NCBI GenBank assembly: GCA_017935945.1
Contig: JAGBGN010000014.1
Span: 1,913-65,912 of the forward strand
DNA length: 64,000 nucleotides
Source of the DNA: Candidatus Methanomethylophilaceae archaeon
GTDB lineage: Archaea > Thermoplasmatota > Thermoplasmata > Methanomassiliicoccales > Methanomethylophilaceae
Reading direction: 5' to 3'
In this document: in pieces, positions 1 through 9,607 of the stretch
Layout of the letters: each line of letters opens with the position of its first letter
Numbering within the stretch: the first letter of the stretch is position 1
Notes under the pieces: model-generated
Databases searched by the model: none
Seen by the model: the letters and a program-made list of their open reading frames with translations, nothing else
Told to the model about the DNA's origin: nothing
Made by a program: the position numbers and the translations under genes

Positions 1-230
1 GCTGCCGCAAGGGGCACTGAACCGAGGACGACACCGGCGATCCTGTCGGGACGGATGTTCTCCGCCTGCATCCTCTCAGCCATGAGCTGGGATATGAGGT
101 ACAGGACACGGGGGTTGGTACTTGCCTTCTTGATGTCGATGTAGTAATCGCTCTTGGCTCCGGAGGCGAGTGTGAACTCGCCGAACTGGAGTGCTCCGCA
201 CTCCTTCAATGCTGTAGAAAGCTCACTCAT
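1..230 (-). CDS. pyrE: orotate phosphoribosyltransferase, N-terminal part (3' end outside window)
   Basis: My translation of the minus strand from ATG at 230 gives MSELSTALKECGALQFGEFTLASGAKSDYYIDIKKASTNPRVL... This matches the conserved PyrE N-terminus (FGEFxLxSGxxSxYYID). Confidence 0.7.
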   Translation of the reverse strand, partial: MSELSTALKECGALQFGEFTLASGAKSDYYIDIKKASTNPRVLYLISQLMAERMQAENIRPDRIAGVVLGSVPLAA

Positions 231-235
231 GTGGA

Positions 236-826
236 TCACCAGGGTTCTTTCTTGAGGCCCATCCTGTAGCCTATGATGTTGACCGAACGGTGGATGGCGA
301 ACATTATGACGAATATGAAGATCAATGCGAGGATGTTCCATCCCTCAATGTATGTCTGGTACACCCAATCCGGGAAGAACAGCGTGGTCAGCAGCAATGC
401 ACCGATGACAAAATCATACTGATCGAGGAAAGGTGCCTTCTGACCCCTCTCCATCCCCAGCCTGCGTTTTATGAAAGCGCCGCAGAGATCTCCAAGCACG
501 GCTCCGAAGGACAGGCACGCGATTATGCCCATGTTGCTCCAGAAAGGTCCGTAGCCCCAATAGTCGACGGGGTCCCAGAACGCGGAGATCAGGAGGAGTA
601 TGGAACCGAGTGCTATACCGGTCAACGAACCTCCGATGAATCCTCCCCAGGACTTACCGTCACCGAATATCCTCCTGCCGTTCCAACTCCTGCCGAAATC
701 GATCTTGAGATCACCGCCGAAAACTACTGCAGCGGAATTCGGGATCATAGCGGGAAGGAACAGCCACAGCCCGTTGAACATGATGATCAATGCACATGCT
801 ACGTCCATAGGATATCCTCGCCACAT
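236..826 (-). CDS. carS: CDP-archaeol synthase (CDP-2,3-bis-O-geranylgeranyl-sn-glycerol synthase, DUF46 family)
   Basis: Multi-TM 196-aa ORF with CarS-like blocks: FGGDLKIDFG..RIFGDGKSWGGFIGG, GDLCGAFIKRRLG, and C-terminal IGYRMGLKKEPW. An alternative start is ATG 808 (MDVACAL). Confidence 0.8.
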   Translation of the reverse strand: MWRGYPMDVACALIIMFNGLWLFLPAMIPNSAAVVFGGDLKIDFGRSWNGRRIFGDGKSWGGFIGGSLTGIALGSILLLISAFWDPVDYWGYGPFWSNMGIIACLSFGAVLGDLCGAFIKRRLGMERGQKAPFLDQYDFVIGALLLTTLFFPDWVYQTYIEGWNILALIFIFVIMFAIHRSVNIIGYRMGLKKEPW

Positions 827-920
827 ACAATACGGGAAGGGTCTTTAACCCTTGTCCAAGCCCCGTCACGGGACCCGGGCGATAGCAAGCGATTTATCGT
901 CGGTGGATGGATTAGGGTTC

Positions 921-1382
921 ATGTTGGTCCTCGATAGTTCCGCATTCTTCTCAATGGACAACCTGCCCGAGGAGGAGCACGTCTGCCCCCCGGGAGTTAT
1001 CAGGGAACTCGAGAACCATGGCGACCCGCGCCTGGCCCTCTGGGGCGACATGGTGAGAGTCTCCGACTGCAGCAGGGAATCCCTGGCCAAGGTGGACGAG
1101 GCGGCCTCCCGCAGCGGGGACGACGCCAGGTTGTCCCCCGTGGACCGTACGGTCCTCGCGTTGGCATTGGATGTGGACGGCACCATATGGTCCGACGACT
1201 ACTCCATCCAGAACGTCGCCCGCATACTGGGCATCGGCTTCAAGCCGGTAGGCATGGAGGGCATCAAGAAGGTCGTCAAATGGAACTACAAGTGCACCGG
1301 TTGCGGTAAATGGTACAAGGACAACCAGCCTGATTGTCCCATATGCGGTTCCGCCCTGAAGGGCTGCAGACGCAAGAAGTGA
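921..1382 (+). CDS. nob1: Nob1-like endonuclease (PIN domain plus C-terminal zinc ribbon)
   Basis: PIN-like N-terminus (MLVLDSSAFF, PVDRTVLALAL) and a zinc ribbon (CTGCGKWY...CPICGS). I chose ATG 921 inside the TTG-started ORF 852..1382. Confidence 0.65.
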   Translation: MLVLDSSAFFSMDNLPEEEHVCPPGVIRELENHGDPRLALWGDMVRVSDCSRESLAKVDEAASRSGDDARLSPVDRTVLALALDVDGTIWSDDYSIQNVARILGIGFKPVGMEGIKKVVKWNYKCTGCGKWYKDNQPDCPICGSALKGCRRKK

Positions 1383-2477
1383 TCACGGGAAGATGCGCCT
1401 GCAACGGATCAGGTTGTTCATCCTGCGCTTACCGAGGAGGTTCATGCAGAATGTCGTGGACCATTCCGTCCTGAATGCGAACGTGTCCGCGAGCTTCTTG
1501 CTGTTGGCTCCGATCTTCAGGGGCTTCTCCATGATGTGTCTCCATCCGGACTCGTAATCGGTGAGGGGCGCAGAGGACGAGATGTTCGCTGCAGCGACCT
1601 GACCGCATACGCGACCTCCGATGAGGGCGAGCGGGATACCTCCGCCGTTGACCGAGAACACGTGTCCTGCAGCATCTCCGACCACCATGCCGTTCCCGGA
1701 CACGGTGCGTGCGATGGGACCTTCGCTGGGGACGTACTTGCCCTCGAGCTTGTAGTCGACCTCGAGTCCGCGCTGCTGGGCGAACTTGTCGAAGAACGAT
1801 GAAAGCGAACCGCTGGCGAACTTCGGGGAGAATCCGACACCGACGTTGGCACGTCCGTCCTTGGGTATGATCCAACCGTATGCTCCGGGAGCGATACCGC
1901 CGAAGTACATGTACATCTTGGAATCGAAATCACCGTTGACCTGGGCCGTCACAGCGGGGTAGGGGTTGCGGTTCCTATCCAGTCCCAGGGACTGTGCGAC
2001 ACGGGAACCGGGACCATCGGCACCGATGAGGACCTTGTACTCGATCTCGCCCTGGTTGGTGAACGCGACATTGTCACGTGTATCCTTGAAGAGGCAGTTG
2101 GTGACCAGTTTTGCACCCTCCTCGACTGCACGGTCGGCGAGGTATTGGTCGAAACGGTCCCTGTCGGTGGTGTAACCATCGTATTCGAGGACGGTCTCCT
2201 TCCCCTTGGGGTTGACGAGCACGATTCCATCGACGTCGCGGCAGCGAAGCTTGTCGGGTATGTCGAAAAGTGATTCGGCATCGGTGAGGTTAGGGAACGT
2301 GTCCTTGATCTCATCAGTGGCGGGCATGAACTCACCGCATCTGACAGGCACTCCAACTTCGGGACGCCTCTCGATCATCATAACCTCAGCGCCACCTTCG
2401 GCCGCATATCTGGCAGCCGTGCTGCCTGCGGGACCCGAACCGACGACCAGAACATCTACCTTGGTCCTTTCTACCAT
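1383..2477 (-). CDS. geranylgeranyl reductase family flavoprotein (likely digeranylgeranylglycerophospholipid reductase)
   Basis: FAD-binding motif VVGSGPAGSTAARYAA and a PVRCGEF motif. Length and family blocks fit archaeal GGR. It sits next to idsA and near carS. Start taken at MVERTK. Confidence 0.85.
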   Translation of the reverse strand: MVERTKVDVLVVGSGPAGSTAARYAAEGGAEVMMIERRPEVGVPVRCGEFMPATDEIKDTFPNLTDAESLFDIPDKLRCRDVDGIVLVNPKGKETVLEYDGYTTDRDRFDQYLADRAVEEGAKLVTNCLFKDTRDNVAFTNQGEIEYKVLIGADGPGSRVAQSLGLDRNRNPYPAVTAQVNGDFDSKMYMYFGGIAPGAYGWIIPKDGRANVGVGFSPKFASGSLSSFFDKFAQQRGLEVDYKLEGKYVPSEGPIARTVSGNGMVVGDAAGHVFSVNGGGIPLALIGGRVCGQVAAANISSSAPLTDYESGWRHIMEKPLKIGANSKKLADTFAFRTEWSTTFCMNLLGKRRMNNLIRCRRIFP

Positions 2478-2482
2478 GTGAA

Positions 2483-3463
2483 TCACCTGTCACGGTCCAC
2501 GACATAGTGTGCGAGGGCAATCATGGACTGCTTGTACTCCGAATCAGGGACCTCGTCGAGACTGGCGAGGGCCTTGTTGATGTATCCGCGGGCGACATCC
2601 ATGCAACGCTGGACCGCATCCGTGGAACGGATGAGTTCGAGGGCCTCGTGGACATCATCCATGGAGACCTCCGGAATCATGAAGAGCTCCTTGATCCTGC
2701 CGCCGTGGACTTCGTCACGCATAGCGAAGATGACAGGGAGCGTGGGCTTGCCTTCGAGGAGGTCGGTACCGACCGCCTTTCCGGTGTTGTTGGGATCGCC
2801 GGTGACGTCGAGTGTGTCATCGATGATCTGAAATGCGAGACCGAGGTTCAGGGCATAATCGCCGAACGCCTCCATGACCTCTGCATCCGCATTGGCCACT
2901 GCAGCACCGGATTTCACGGATGCCTCGAACAGCTTGGCGGTCTTACCTGTGATGATGTCTATGTAATCGTCCTCGGACACGTTGATAGCGTGCTCGTAAT
3001 CCTTCTGGATGAACTCTCCGGCACCCATCGCGGCCGACGCCTCCACGACAAAATTGACGATGTTCGGAGCCGAATCCGCCAGGAGACGGAATCCCATGGC
3101 GAACATGAAATCACCGGCAACGATGGCCTTGCTGACGGTGTACTCCTTGTGGAGGGTCTTGCGTCCACGTCTTGTCTCACCCATGTCGTTGATGTCGTCA
3201 TGTATGAGCGTGGCACTGTGGATGATCTCGTATGCCGAACCGATGTTGATCGGGATCATGCAGTCCTTTCCGCCACAGGCGTAGTAGGACATTATGCACA
3301 GGGCCGGCCTGAGCCTTTTGCCACCGGATCCCACGACATACTGGCACATCTCGGTCAATTCAGGATTGTCTGATGAGAGATTCTCCATCATGACGTCCTC
3401 TACGATAGAGAGTTCGCGATCTATGCAGCTGTGCCAATTGTCGACCATCGTTGCTCGTATCAC
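2483..3463 (-). CDS. idsA: polyprenyl (geranylgeranyl) diphosphate synthase
   Basis: Both Asp-rich motifs of trans-prenyltransferases are present: LIHDDINDM and FQIIDDTLD. Confidence 0.85.
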   Translation of the reverse strand: MIRATMVDNWHSCIDRELSIVEDVMMENLSSDNPELTEMCQYVVGSGGKRLRPALCIMSYYACGGKDCMIPINIGSAYEIIHSATLIHDDINDMGETRRGRKTLHKEYTVSKAIVAGDFMFAMGFRLLADSAPNIVNFVVEASAAMGAGEFIQKDYEHAINVSEDDYIDIITGKTAKLFEASVKSGAAVANADAEVMEAFGDYALNLGLAFQIIDDTLDVTGDPNNTGKAVGTDLLEGKPTLPVIFAMRDEVHGGRIKELFMIPEVSMDDVHEALELIRSTDAVQRCMDVARGYINKALASLDEVPDSEYKQSMIALAHYVVDRDR

Positions 3464-3564
3464 CGTTGCATACTTAACCCTTTCAACTCTGGCGACACAT
3501 GGGATGAGTTCCGTATCGCACCATATACAGGACTAGGCCCGATTATCGAGGCATAATGCAGGTG

Positions 3565-3597
3565 GTAAAAGATGCTGGCATCCGGGTAACGGATGCC
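3565..3597 (-). terminator. hairpin plus T-run downstream of nuoN
   Basis: Perfect 8-bp stem GGCATCCG/CGGATGCC (3577..3597). On the minus strand it is followed by TTTT (3567..3570), about 40 nt after the nuoN stop. Confidence 0.4.
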
Positions 3598-3633
3598 ATA
3601 AAGGGTTTGTGGAAAAGGTTTGGATGACCGTTA

Positions 3634-5109
3634 TCAGCCCATTACAACTGCGGCGGCTCCCTCGCACAGCTCGAAGACTGCGTCGGGGAAGATACCGAGG
3701 ACGATGACTGCGAGGACACAGATCACAATTGCGACCATGAAGGCTGCAGGGATCTTGACCTTCTCGGTTGTGGTTCCCTTCTCGATGTACATCGCCTTGA
3801 CTACCCTTGCGTAGTAGTACAGGGAGATGGCAGAGTTGAGGATTGCCACGAATGCGAGCCAGACCCACTGGGAAGTGACTCCATCGACTCCACCGATTGC
3901 GGAGGAGAAGAGGAAGAACTTCGAGGTGAATCCTGCGAGGGGCGGGATTCCTGCCAGTGAGAACAGGAAGAGCATCATGGCGAATGCGAGGAAGGGTGCC
4001 CTCTTTGCAAGTCCCTTGTAGTCGGAGATCTTCTCGCCGAGACCGACGCAGATGAGTGCTCCGACGATGAGGAACGCTCCTCCCTTCATGAACACGTGGG
4101 TGATCATGTGGAAGAGACCAGCGGTGAGTGCGTACTCGTTCATGACCGCAAGGATGATCAGGATGTATCCTGCCTGTGCGATGGAAGAGTATGCGAGCAT
4201 CCTCTTGATGTTGTTCTGAGCGATTGCCACGATGTTTCCGACAGTCATGGTGATGGCTGCTATGATGGCGAAGAGGTACTGGACCTCCTCTCCGATGATA
4301 TCAGCGCATGTTGTACCGGCGGCGAACAGGACCATGAAGATCTGGATGAACACTGCCAGTCCCATCTTCTTGGATCCGGTTGCGAGGAACATGGAGACAG
4401 GGGTTGCTGCTCCCTCGTAGACATCGGGTGCCCACATGTGGAAGGGACCTGCAGCGATCTTGAATCCGTATCCTGCGATCATGGAGATGAATGCGATGGC
4501 GACCATCCAGTTCATCTCGGTGAGGTTGTTGGCGATATCGGCGATGACGGTTGTACCGGTGAGTCCGTACAGCATGGAGATACCGTACAGGGTCAGTGCG
4601 GTGGACATTCCACCGATGATGACGTACTTGACGGCAGCCTCAGCGGACCTTGCATCGTTCCTCTTGAGTGCAACGAGTGCATAGGAGGAGATACTGGTCA
4701 GCTCGACTCCGACGAAGATGGTCAGCAGATCGGAGGAGGATGCGACGAACATCATTCCGACGGTTGCACCGATCATCAGAGCGTAGTAAGCACCGACGTG
4801 GAGCCTGGTGGTCTCGACACTGGCGTTGGAGACGAGTACTGCGAGGAACAGGACTGCGAGGAACAGAGCGTTCATCAGTCCGGTAAATCCGTCGTACTCG
4901 ACAAGGCCGAGTGAGGAACCGGTGAAGTCGCCGGTCAACATGATGATGTTGACTGCCATGGCCACGATGGTCATGACGAAGGCGAATGCCCAGGTAACCG
5001 TGCGCCTCTTGGTGAGCATCTGGACTCCGGGAAGGAGCAGTGCTGAGACCATGAGGATGAGCATGGGTGCGAATGCGGTGTAGTCTCCGAAGATTGTTGT
5101 CATATCCAT
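3634..5109 (-). CDS. nuoN: Fpo/Nuo-type complex I-like subunit N
   Basis: Polytopic antiporter-like protein with the NuoN block KRMLAYSSIAQAGY. The start ATG at 5109 overlaps the nuoM stop (TGATG). Confidence 0.9.
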   Translation of the reverse strand: MDMTTIFGDYTAFAPMLILMVSALLLPGVQMLTKRRTVTWAFAFVMTIVAMAVNIIMLTGDFTGSSLGLVEYDGFTGLMNALFLAVLFLAVLVSNASVETTRLHVGAYYALMIGATVGMMFVASSSDLLTIFVGVELTSISSYALVALKRNDARSAEAAVKYVIIGGMSTALTLYGISMLYGLTGTTVIADIANNLTEMNWMVAIAFISMIAGYGFKIAAGPFHMWAPDVYEGAATPVSMFLATGSKKMGLAVFIQIFMVLFAAGTTCADIIGEEVQYLFAIIAAITMTVGNIVAIAQNNIKRMLAYSSIAQAGYILIILAVMNEYALTAGLFHMITHVFMKGGAFLIVGALICVGLGEKISDYKGLAKRAPFLAFAMMLFLFSLAGIPPLAGFTSKFFLFSSAIGGVDGVTSQWVWLAFVAILNSAISLYYYARVVKAMYIEKGTTTEKVKIPAAFMVAIVICVLAVIVLGIFPDAVFELCEGAAAVVMG

Positions 5110-6617
5110 CAGATCACCCCGATGATCCACTCGGTGTAGGGCTCGATGAACTGGAGAGCTGCATCAGGCCAAACTCCGAATACTGCAACGAGTGCGACGA
5201 GGACTGCCAGTGCGATTCCCTCGCACTTGCTGACATCGTGTGCGTGTGTAAGGTCAATCTTGGTGGTCTCGGGTCCAAACAGTGTCCTCTGCATTGCCCA
5301 CAGGTAGTATCCTGCGGTGAGCATGAGGGACAGCAGGCAGAACAGAATCATCCAGAGGAGGTCCTGCTCCACGAGGAACTCGTAGAACGCGAAGATGAGG
5401 GGGAACTCTCCCCAGAATCCAACGAGTCCGGGAAGTCCGAGGGATGCCATGAATCCGATCATCATGAAGAGTGCGTACATGGGCATCTTGCCGGCGAGTC
5501 CTCCGAGGAGGGGGATCTCTCTGGTTCCGACCTTGTGTCCGGTCATACCGCACACCATGAACAGGATTCCGGTGATGAGACCGTGTGCGAACATCTGGAA
5601 GATGGCGAACATGATTCCGGCCTCGGTGAGACATCCGATTCCGAGCATGACCATTCCCATGTGGCTGATGGACGAGAATGCGACCATCTTCTTGAGATCG
5701 GTCTGTGCGATACATCCGTATGCACCATAGATCATGGAGAGGATGGCGATTCCGATGATGACCCACTGCCAGTACTCTGCTCCCAGGGGGAGAGCCTCGA
5801 GACAGACACGGATGATTCCGTAGGATCCCATCTTAAGCATGACACCTGCCAGGAGGACGGATCCGCCGGTAGGTGCCTCGGTGTGTGCGTCGGGCAGCCA
5901 TGTGTGGAAGGGCACTGCGGGCATCTTGACTGCGAATCCGAAGAAGAGCAGTGCGAAGACGAGTGCCTGGAATGCCTCGGAGGTCATGGGCATCAGGCTG
6001 TTGATGGTAGCGAAGGAGAAGTCGACGACTCCACCGTTCATTGTACCGGCCTGGAATCCCATTGCGAAGATTCCGATGAGCATCACAAGGGATGCCACGT
6101 GGGTGTAGATGAAGAACTTGATTGCAGCGTAGTGCCTGCGGGGTCCTCCATACCAGGAGATCATGAAGTACATGGGGATGAGGGTGACCTCCCACATGAC
6201 GTAGAACAGGAAGTAGTCCGCCGCCAGGTAGACACCCATGAGTCCGACCTCCATTGCGAGTACGAGTGCGTGGAAGTAGTTGGGCCTGTCCTCGTCCGCA
6301 TCGTGTACGGAGAAGATGACGACCAACAGGGACAGCAGAGCGGTCAGGAAGACCATGAGGATACTGAGTCCATCGACCTCGAGAGCGAAGCTGATCTGGA
6401 TCAGAGAGGTCTGAATCCAGGCGTAGTTCTCGCCAAGGACGGAATAGTCCTCGAAGTAGTTCACCATCATGAAGAGGGTGAGGACGAGGGTGATCAGCGT
6501 GAACACTGCTGCCACGTACTTTGCGTATTTCTGTTTGGATCCACCCATGAAGAGTGTAATTATGGCTCCGATCAGGGGAATGAGGATCAACATTGAGAGT
6601 ATTGGAATATCAGTCAA
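5109..6617 (-). CDS. nuoM: Fpo/Nuo-type complex I-like subunit M
   Basis: Antiporter-like protein with the block KKMVAFSSISHMGMV. TTG start at 6617 is preceded by GGAGG at 7-nt spacing. Confidence 0.9.
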   Translation of the reverse strand: MTDIPILSMLILIPLIGAIITLFMGGSKQKYAKYVAAVFTLITLVLTLFMMVNYFEDYSVLGENYAWIQTSLIQISFALEVDGLSILMVFLTALLSLLVVIFSVHDADEDRPNYFHALVLAMEVGLMGVYLAADYFLFYVMWEVTLIPMYFMISWYGGPRRHYAAIKFFIYTHVASLVMLIGIFAMGFQAGTMNGGVVDFSFATINSLMPMTSEAFQALVFALLFFGFAVKMPAVPFHTWLPDAHTEAPTGGSVLLAGVMLKMGSYGIIRVCLEALPLGAEYWQWVIIGIAILSMIYGAYGCIAQTDLKKMVAFSSISHMGMVMLGIGCLTEAGIMFAIFQMFAHGLITGILFMVCGMTGHKVGTREIPLLGGLAGKMPMYALFMMIGFMASLGLPGLVGFWGEFPLIFAFYEFLVEQDLLWMILFCLLSLMLTAGYYLWAMQRTLFGPETTKIDLTHAHDVSKCEGIALAVLVALVAVFGVWPDAALQFIEPYTEWIIGVI

Positions 6618-6618
6618 C

Positions 6619-8667
6619 TTACATTCCTCCCATAATCATTGCAATCACGACGAAGAGTGTGGAAAGCACTGCGACACCGAGGAGCACGATGGACGAGTAG
6701 TCCTGAACGTGACCGGTCTGTGCCTTGCTGAGAACGTCTCCACCGCCGACGACTGCACCGGAGAGACCGTTGACGGATCCGTCGACGACCTGCCTGTCAA
6801 CGAAGTTGACGATCTTGGCGACGCCAGCTCCGAGCTTCCAGGAAATCTGGTTGTACAGATCGGGGAACCACCATCTCTTGGTGAGTGCGTTGTACAGCAT
6901 GGATGTACCGTTCCTGTTGAACTTTCCGGGGTTGATGGATTTCTTTGCATACATGAGGTATGCGATTGCGATACCGACCAGTGCGAGCACGATGGTCAAG
7001 TAGGTGTACACATTGGTGAACAAGTGCTCGAAGTAGTACATGGCTCCGTGTGCTCCAGCACCTCCGACGATGAAGGCGGTGTCCGTAACAGTGAAGGACA
7101 CAAGGGAGTCGAGTCCGAAGAGGATGAGGAATCCGCTTCCGAATGCGAACACGGACAGGATGACCAAGGGCATGGTCATGGTCTTGGGGGACTCACCGTG
7201 GCAGTGCTTGGTGGCCTCTCCCTCCTCTCCCATGAAGGTCATGAACCACATGCGGAACATGTAGAATGCCGTCATGAAAGCGGTGATGACTGCGAGGACC
7301 CACATGACTGTGAACCAGATGGATCCGTCGTGACCTGCCTCCATTGCAATCTCGAGGACGAGATCCTTGGACCAGAATCCACTGAACATGGGGAATCCGG
7401 CGATGGAGAGACATCCGACGAGCATGGTCATGGATGTGATCTTCATGTGTTTCCTGAGACCGCCCATCTGGCGCATGTCCTCAGTACCGACAGCGTGGAT
7501 GACGGATCCGGAACCCATGAACAGGAGTGCCTTGAAGAACGCGTGGTTCATCATGTGGAAGCATCCTGCGACCATTCCGGCGGTACCGGCGGTGATGAGT
7601 GTTGCTCCCTCGGCACCTCCCATGTCCATTCCCAGAGCGATGAGGTATCCTCCTGCACCGAGTGCGAGGATCATGTATCCGAGCTGGGAGACGGTGGAGT
7701 AAGCCAGGACCTTCTTGATGTTCATGTTGTTGAGCGCCATGGAGGCTGCGAAGATGGCAGTGACTCCTCCGATGATTCCGACGAAGAGCATGACCTCGGG
7801 GTTCTGGACGAACAGGGGGTATCCCCTTGCGACGAGATAGACTCCTGCCTTAACCATTGTAGCTGCGTGGATCAAAGATGAAACGGTGGTAGGTCCAGCC
7901 ATTGCATCGGGCAACCAGTCGTGCAGAGGGAACTGAGCGCTCTTTCCGATGACTCCTCCGAAGACGAGGAACATGGCGAGAGTGATCATCTCGGGGTCTG
8001 CGAGTGCGATGGTTGCGGGATCGAAGAGTGTTGTGTAGTCGAGGCTGTGGAACTCGCCGAGCAGGATGAAGAGACCTGCCATGAGACAGACATCTCCCAT
8101 ACGGGTGACGAGGAAAGCCTTCTTTGCTGCGGATGCAGCGTTTGCGGATGCAGCGTCCCCATCGGGGTGCCTCCAGGACCAGAATCCGATCAGCAGGTAG
8201 GAACAGAGTCCCATGACCTCCCAGAAGATGAACATCTCGAGGAAGTTGCTGGAGACGATGAGTCCGAGCATTCCGGTAAGGAACAGAGAGACCTCGGCGT
8301 AGTACCTGTTCTTCCTCTCTCCCTGGTCGTGCATGTATCCGATGGAGTAGATGAAGATCAGGGTGGAGATGAACGAGGAGAACAGCATCATCATACAGGT
8401 GAGGCCGTCCACGTAGTATCCGAGGTTCAGTACGAAGTCAGTGGATCCGGGGATGACGAACCACTCGATGGATTTCGTCACGGGATCGGGGTATGCATCG
8501 CCGGTGATGTACTCGTAAGAGATCAGTACGGCGAGTATGAATGAGATCAGTGCTCCTGCGATTGCGATGTATCCGCCTTTCTCAGGTGTCTTCTTACCGA
8601 TGAAACCGATGAGAAGGAAACAGATCATGGGCATGAGGGGCACAAGCCAGGTGTATTCTACGAACAT
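6619..8667 (-). CDS. nuoL: Fpo/Nuo-type complex I-like subunit L
   Basis: About 680-aa antiporter-like protein with the block KKVLAYSTVSQLGYM. ATG 8667 is preceded by GAGGTGG. The ORF could also start at GTG 8676. Confidence 0.9.
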   Translation of the reverse strand: MFVEYTWLVPLMPMICFLLIGFIGKKTPEKGGYIAIAGALISFILAVLISYEYITGDAYPDPVTKSIEWFVIPGSTDFVLNLGYYVDGLTCMMMLFSSFISTLIFIYSIGYMHDQGERKNRYYAEVSLFLTGMLGLIVSSNFLEMFIFWEVMGLCSYLLIGFWSWRHPDGDAASANAASAAKKAFLVTRMGDVCLMAGLFILLGEFHSLDYTTLFDPATIALADPEMITLAMFLVFGGVIGKSAQFPLHDWLPDAMAGPTTVSSLIHAATMVKAGVYLVARGYPLFVQNPEVMLFVGIIGGVTAIFAASMALNNMNIKKVLAYSTVSQLGYMILALGAGGYLIALGMDMGGAEGATLITAGTAGMVAGCFHMMNHAFFKALLFMGSGSVIHAVGTEDMRQMGGLRKHMKITSMTMLVGCLSIAGFPMFSGFWSKDLVLEIAMEAGHDGSIWFTVMWVLAVITAFMTAFYMFRMWFMTFMGEEGEATKHCHGESPKTMTMPLVILSVFAFGSGFLILFGLDSLVSFTVTDTAFIVGGAGAHGAMYYFEHLFTNVYTYLTIVLALVGIAIAYLMYAKKSINPGKFNRNGTSMLYNALTKRWWFPDLYNQISWKLGAGVAKIVNFVDRQVVDGSVNGLSGAVVGGGDVLSKAQTGHVQDYSSIVLLGVAVLSTLFVVIAMIMGGM

Positions 8668-8669
8668 GT

Positions 8670-8978
8670 TTACCACCTCATGGACCTGAGCTGCTTATCG
8701 TCGAGCTCTGTAGTCTTTCTAAGCTTGTATGCGTTGAGCAGGATAGCGATACCGACAGCAACCTCTGCAGCGGCGACGGAGATGGACATGACGACGAATG
8801 CCTGTCCCATGACGTCTGCGTTGAACGCACCGAATGCGACGAAGTTGATGTTGGCTGCATTGAGCATAAGCTCGATGCACATCAGGACGATGATTGCGTT
8901 GCTCTTTGTGAGTGCACCGTATGCACCGATTGCGAAGAGGATCGCACCGAGGACGAGGAAGTACTCAATTGGAATCAT
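8670..8978 (-). CDS. nuoK: Fpo/Nuo-type complex I-like subunit K
   Basis: About 100-aa 3-TM protein MIPIEYFLVLGAILFAIGAYG...CIELMLNAANINFVAF, typical of NuoK. Start taken at the internal ATG 8978 of ORF 8670..9014. Confidence 0.85.
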   Translation of the reverse strand: MIPIEYFLVLGAILFAIGAYGALTKSNAIIVLMCIELMLNAANINFVAFGAFNADVMGQAFVVMSISVAAAEVAVGIAILLNAYKLRKTTELDDKQLRSMRW

Positions 8979-9276
8979 CTGATTCAACCTCCTCCCTTGC
9001 GATACAGACTCCACCGACCATGGCTCCGAACATCAGGAGCGCCAGGGGCAGAAGAATGACACCGTACTTCTCGAAGACGGTGTACGAGAGACTCTCTTCC
9101 TTCAGCTCACCGCTGTCGTCCCAGATGCTGTCCTGGTCATCCGTGGGGAAGACGGGGACCTCGTTGGGAACGTCACTGGTGGTGTAGTCATCCCAGTCGA
9201 CTGTTGCAACACCGACGACGAGGACGATCAGCAGGAGTGCAGACACTGCACCGCCCAGCAGGACCTTCTTATTCAT
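8965..9276 (-). CDS. nuoJ: subunit J, C-terminal half (split nuoJ: TM4, acidic loop, TM5)
   Basis: 103-aa ORF with two TM segments flanking an acidic loop. It overlaps the upstream J fragment by 8 nt and nuoK by 14 nt. Its position in the operon matches NuoJ. Confidence 0.65.
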   Translation of the reverse strand: MNKKVLLGGAVSALLLIVLVVGVATVDWDDYTTSDVPNEVPVFPTDDQDSIWDDSGELKEESLSYTVFEKYGVILLPLALLMFGAMVGGVCIAREEVESDDSN

Positions 9277-9607
9277 CGGAGTCGCCTCCTTTTTTCATAA
9301 TATATCTCCTAGTAAGCATAATGCTGAATGCGAACAGGATGGTGATTGCACCGACGTAGACCAGAATCTGTACAACTCCAATGAATTCTGCTTCGAGGAA
9401 GAAGTACACGAATCCGATGCAGAGGAACACGAGTGCGAGGTAGAATGCGCTGTGGACGACTTCTTTATCCGTGACCACGTGGATTGCGGCCAGGATGGCG
9501 ATTGCTGCCAGGATGAAGAATGCCACGAGCTCAAGGTTACCGAGCACGAATTCGCCGAAGTTCAGGACTTCGTTCCAGAGGGTGTCCACTGTGTCCATGA
9601 AAACCAT
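9269..9607 (-). CDS. nuoJ: subunit J, N-terminal half (TM1-3)
   Basis: Carries the NuoJ block EAEFIGVVQILVYVGAITILFAFSIML. The start ATG overlaps the nuoI stop. Confidence 0.8.
   Translation of the reverse strand: MVFMDTVDTLWNEVLNFGEFVLGNLELVAFFILAAIAILAAIHVVTDKEVVHSAFYLALVFLCIGFVYFFLEAEFIGVVQILVYVGAITILFAFSIMLTRRYIMKKGGDSDE

Noticed and set aside
5067-6596. Very long antisense ORFs opposite real genes. Examples are 5067..6596, 6469..7881, 10341..11498, 27559..28623, 35916..36821, 38038..39588, 44447..45766 and 49858..51213.
   Set aside because: Their translations are low-complexity D/E/G/H/C/V-rich strings with no motifs. Each lies exactly antisense to a gene with strong family signatures. 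Such open antisense frames are an expected by-product of the GC3-rich codon usage.
8965-9607. Split nuoJ as a possible frameshifted pseudogene.
   Set aside because: The break falls cleanly between TM3 and TM4. The second part has its own ATG with an 8-nt overlap typical of coupled genes here. Split J1/J2 genes are known in other archaea.
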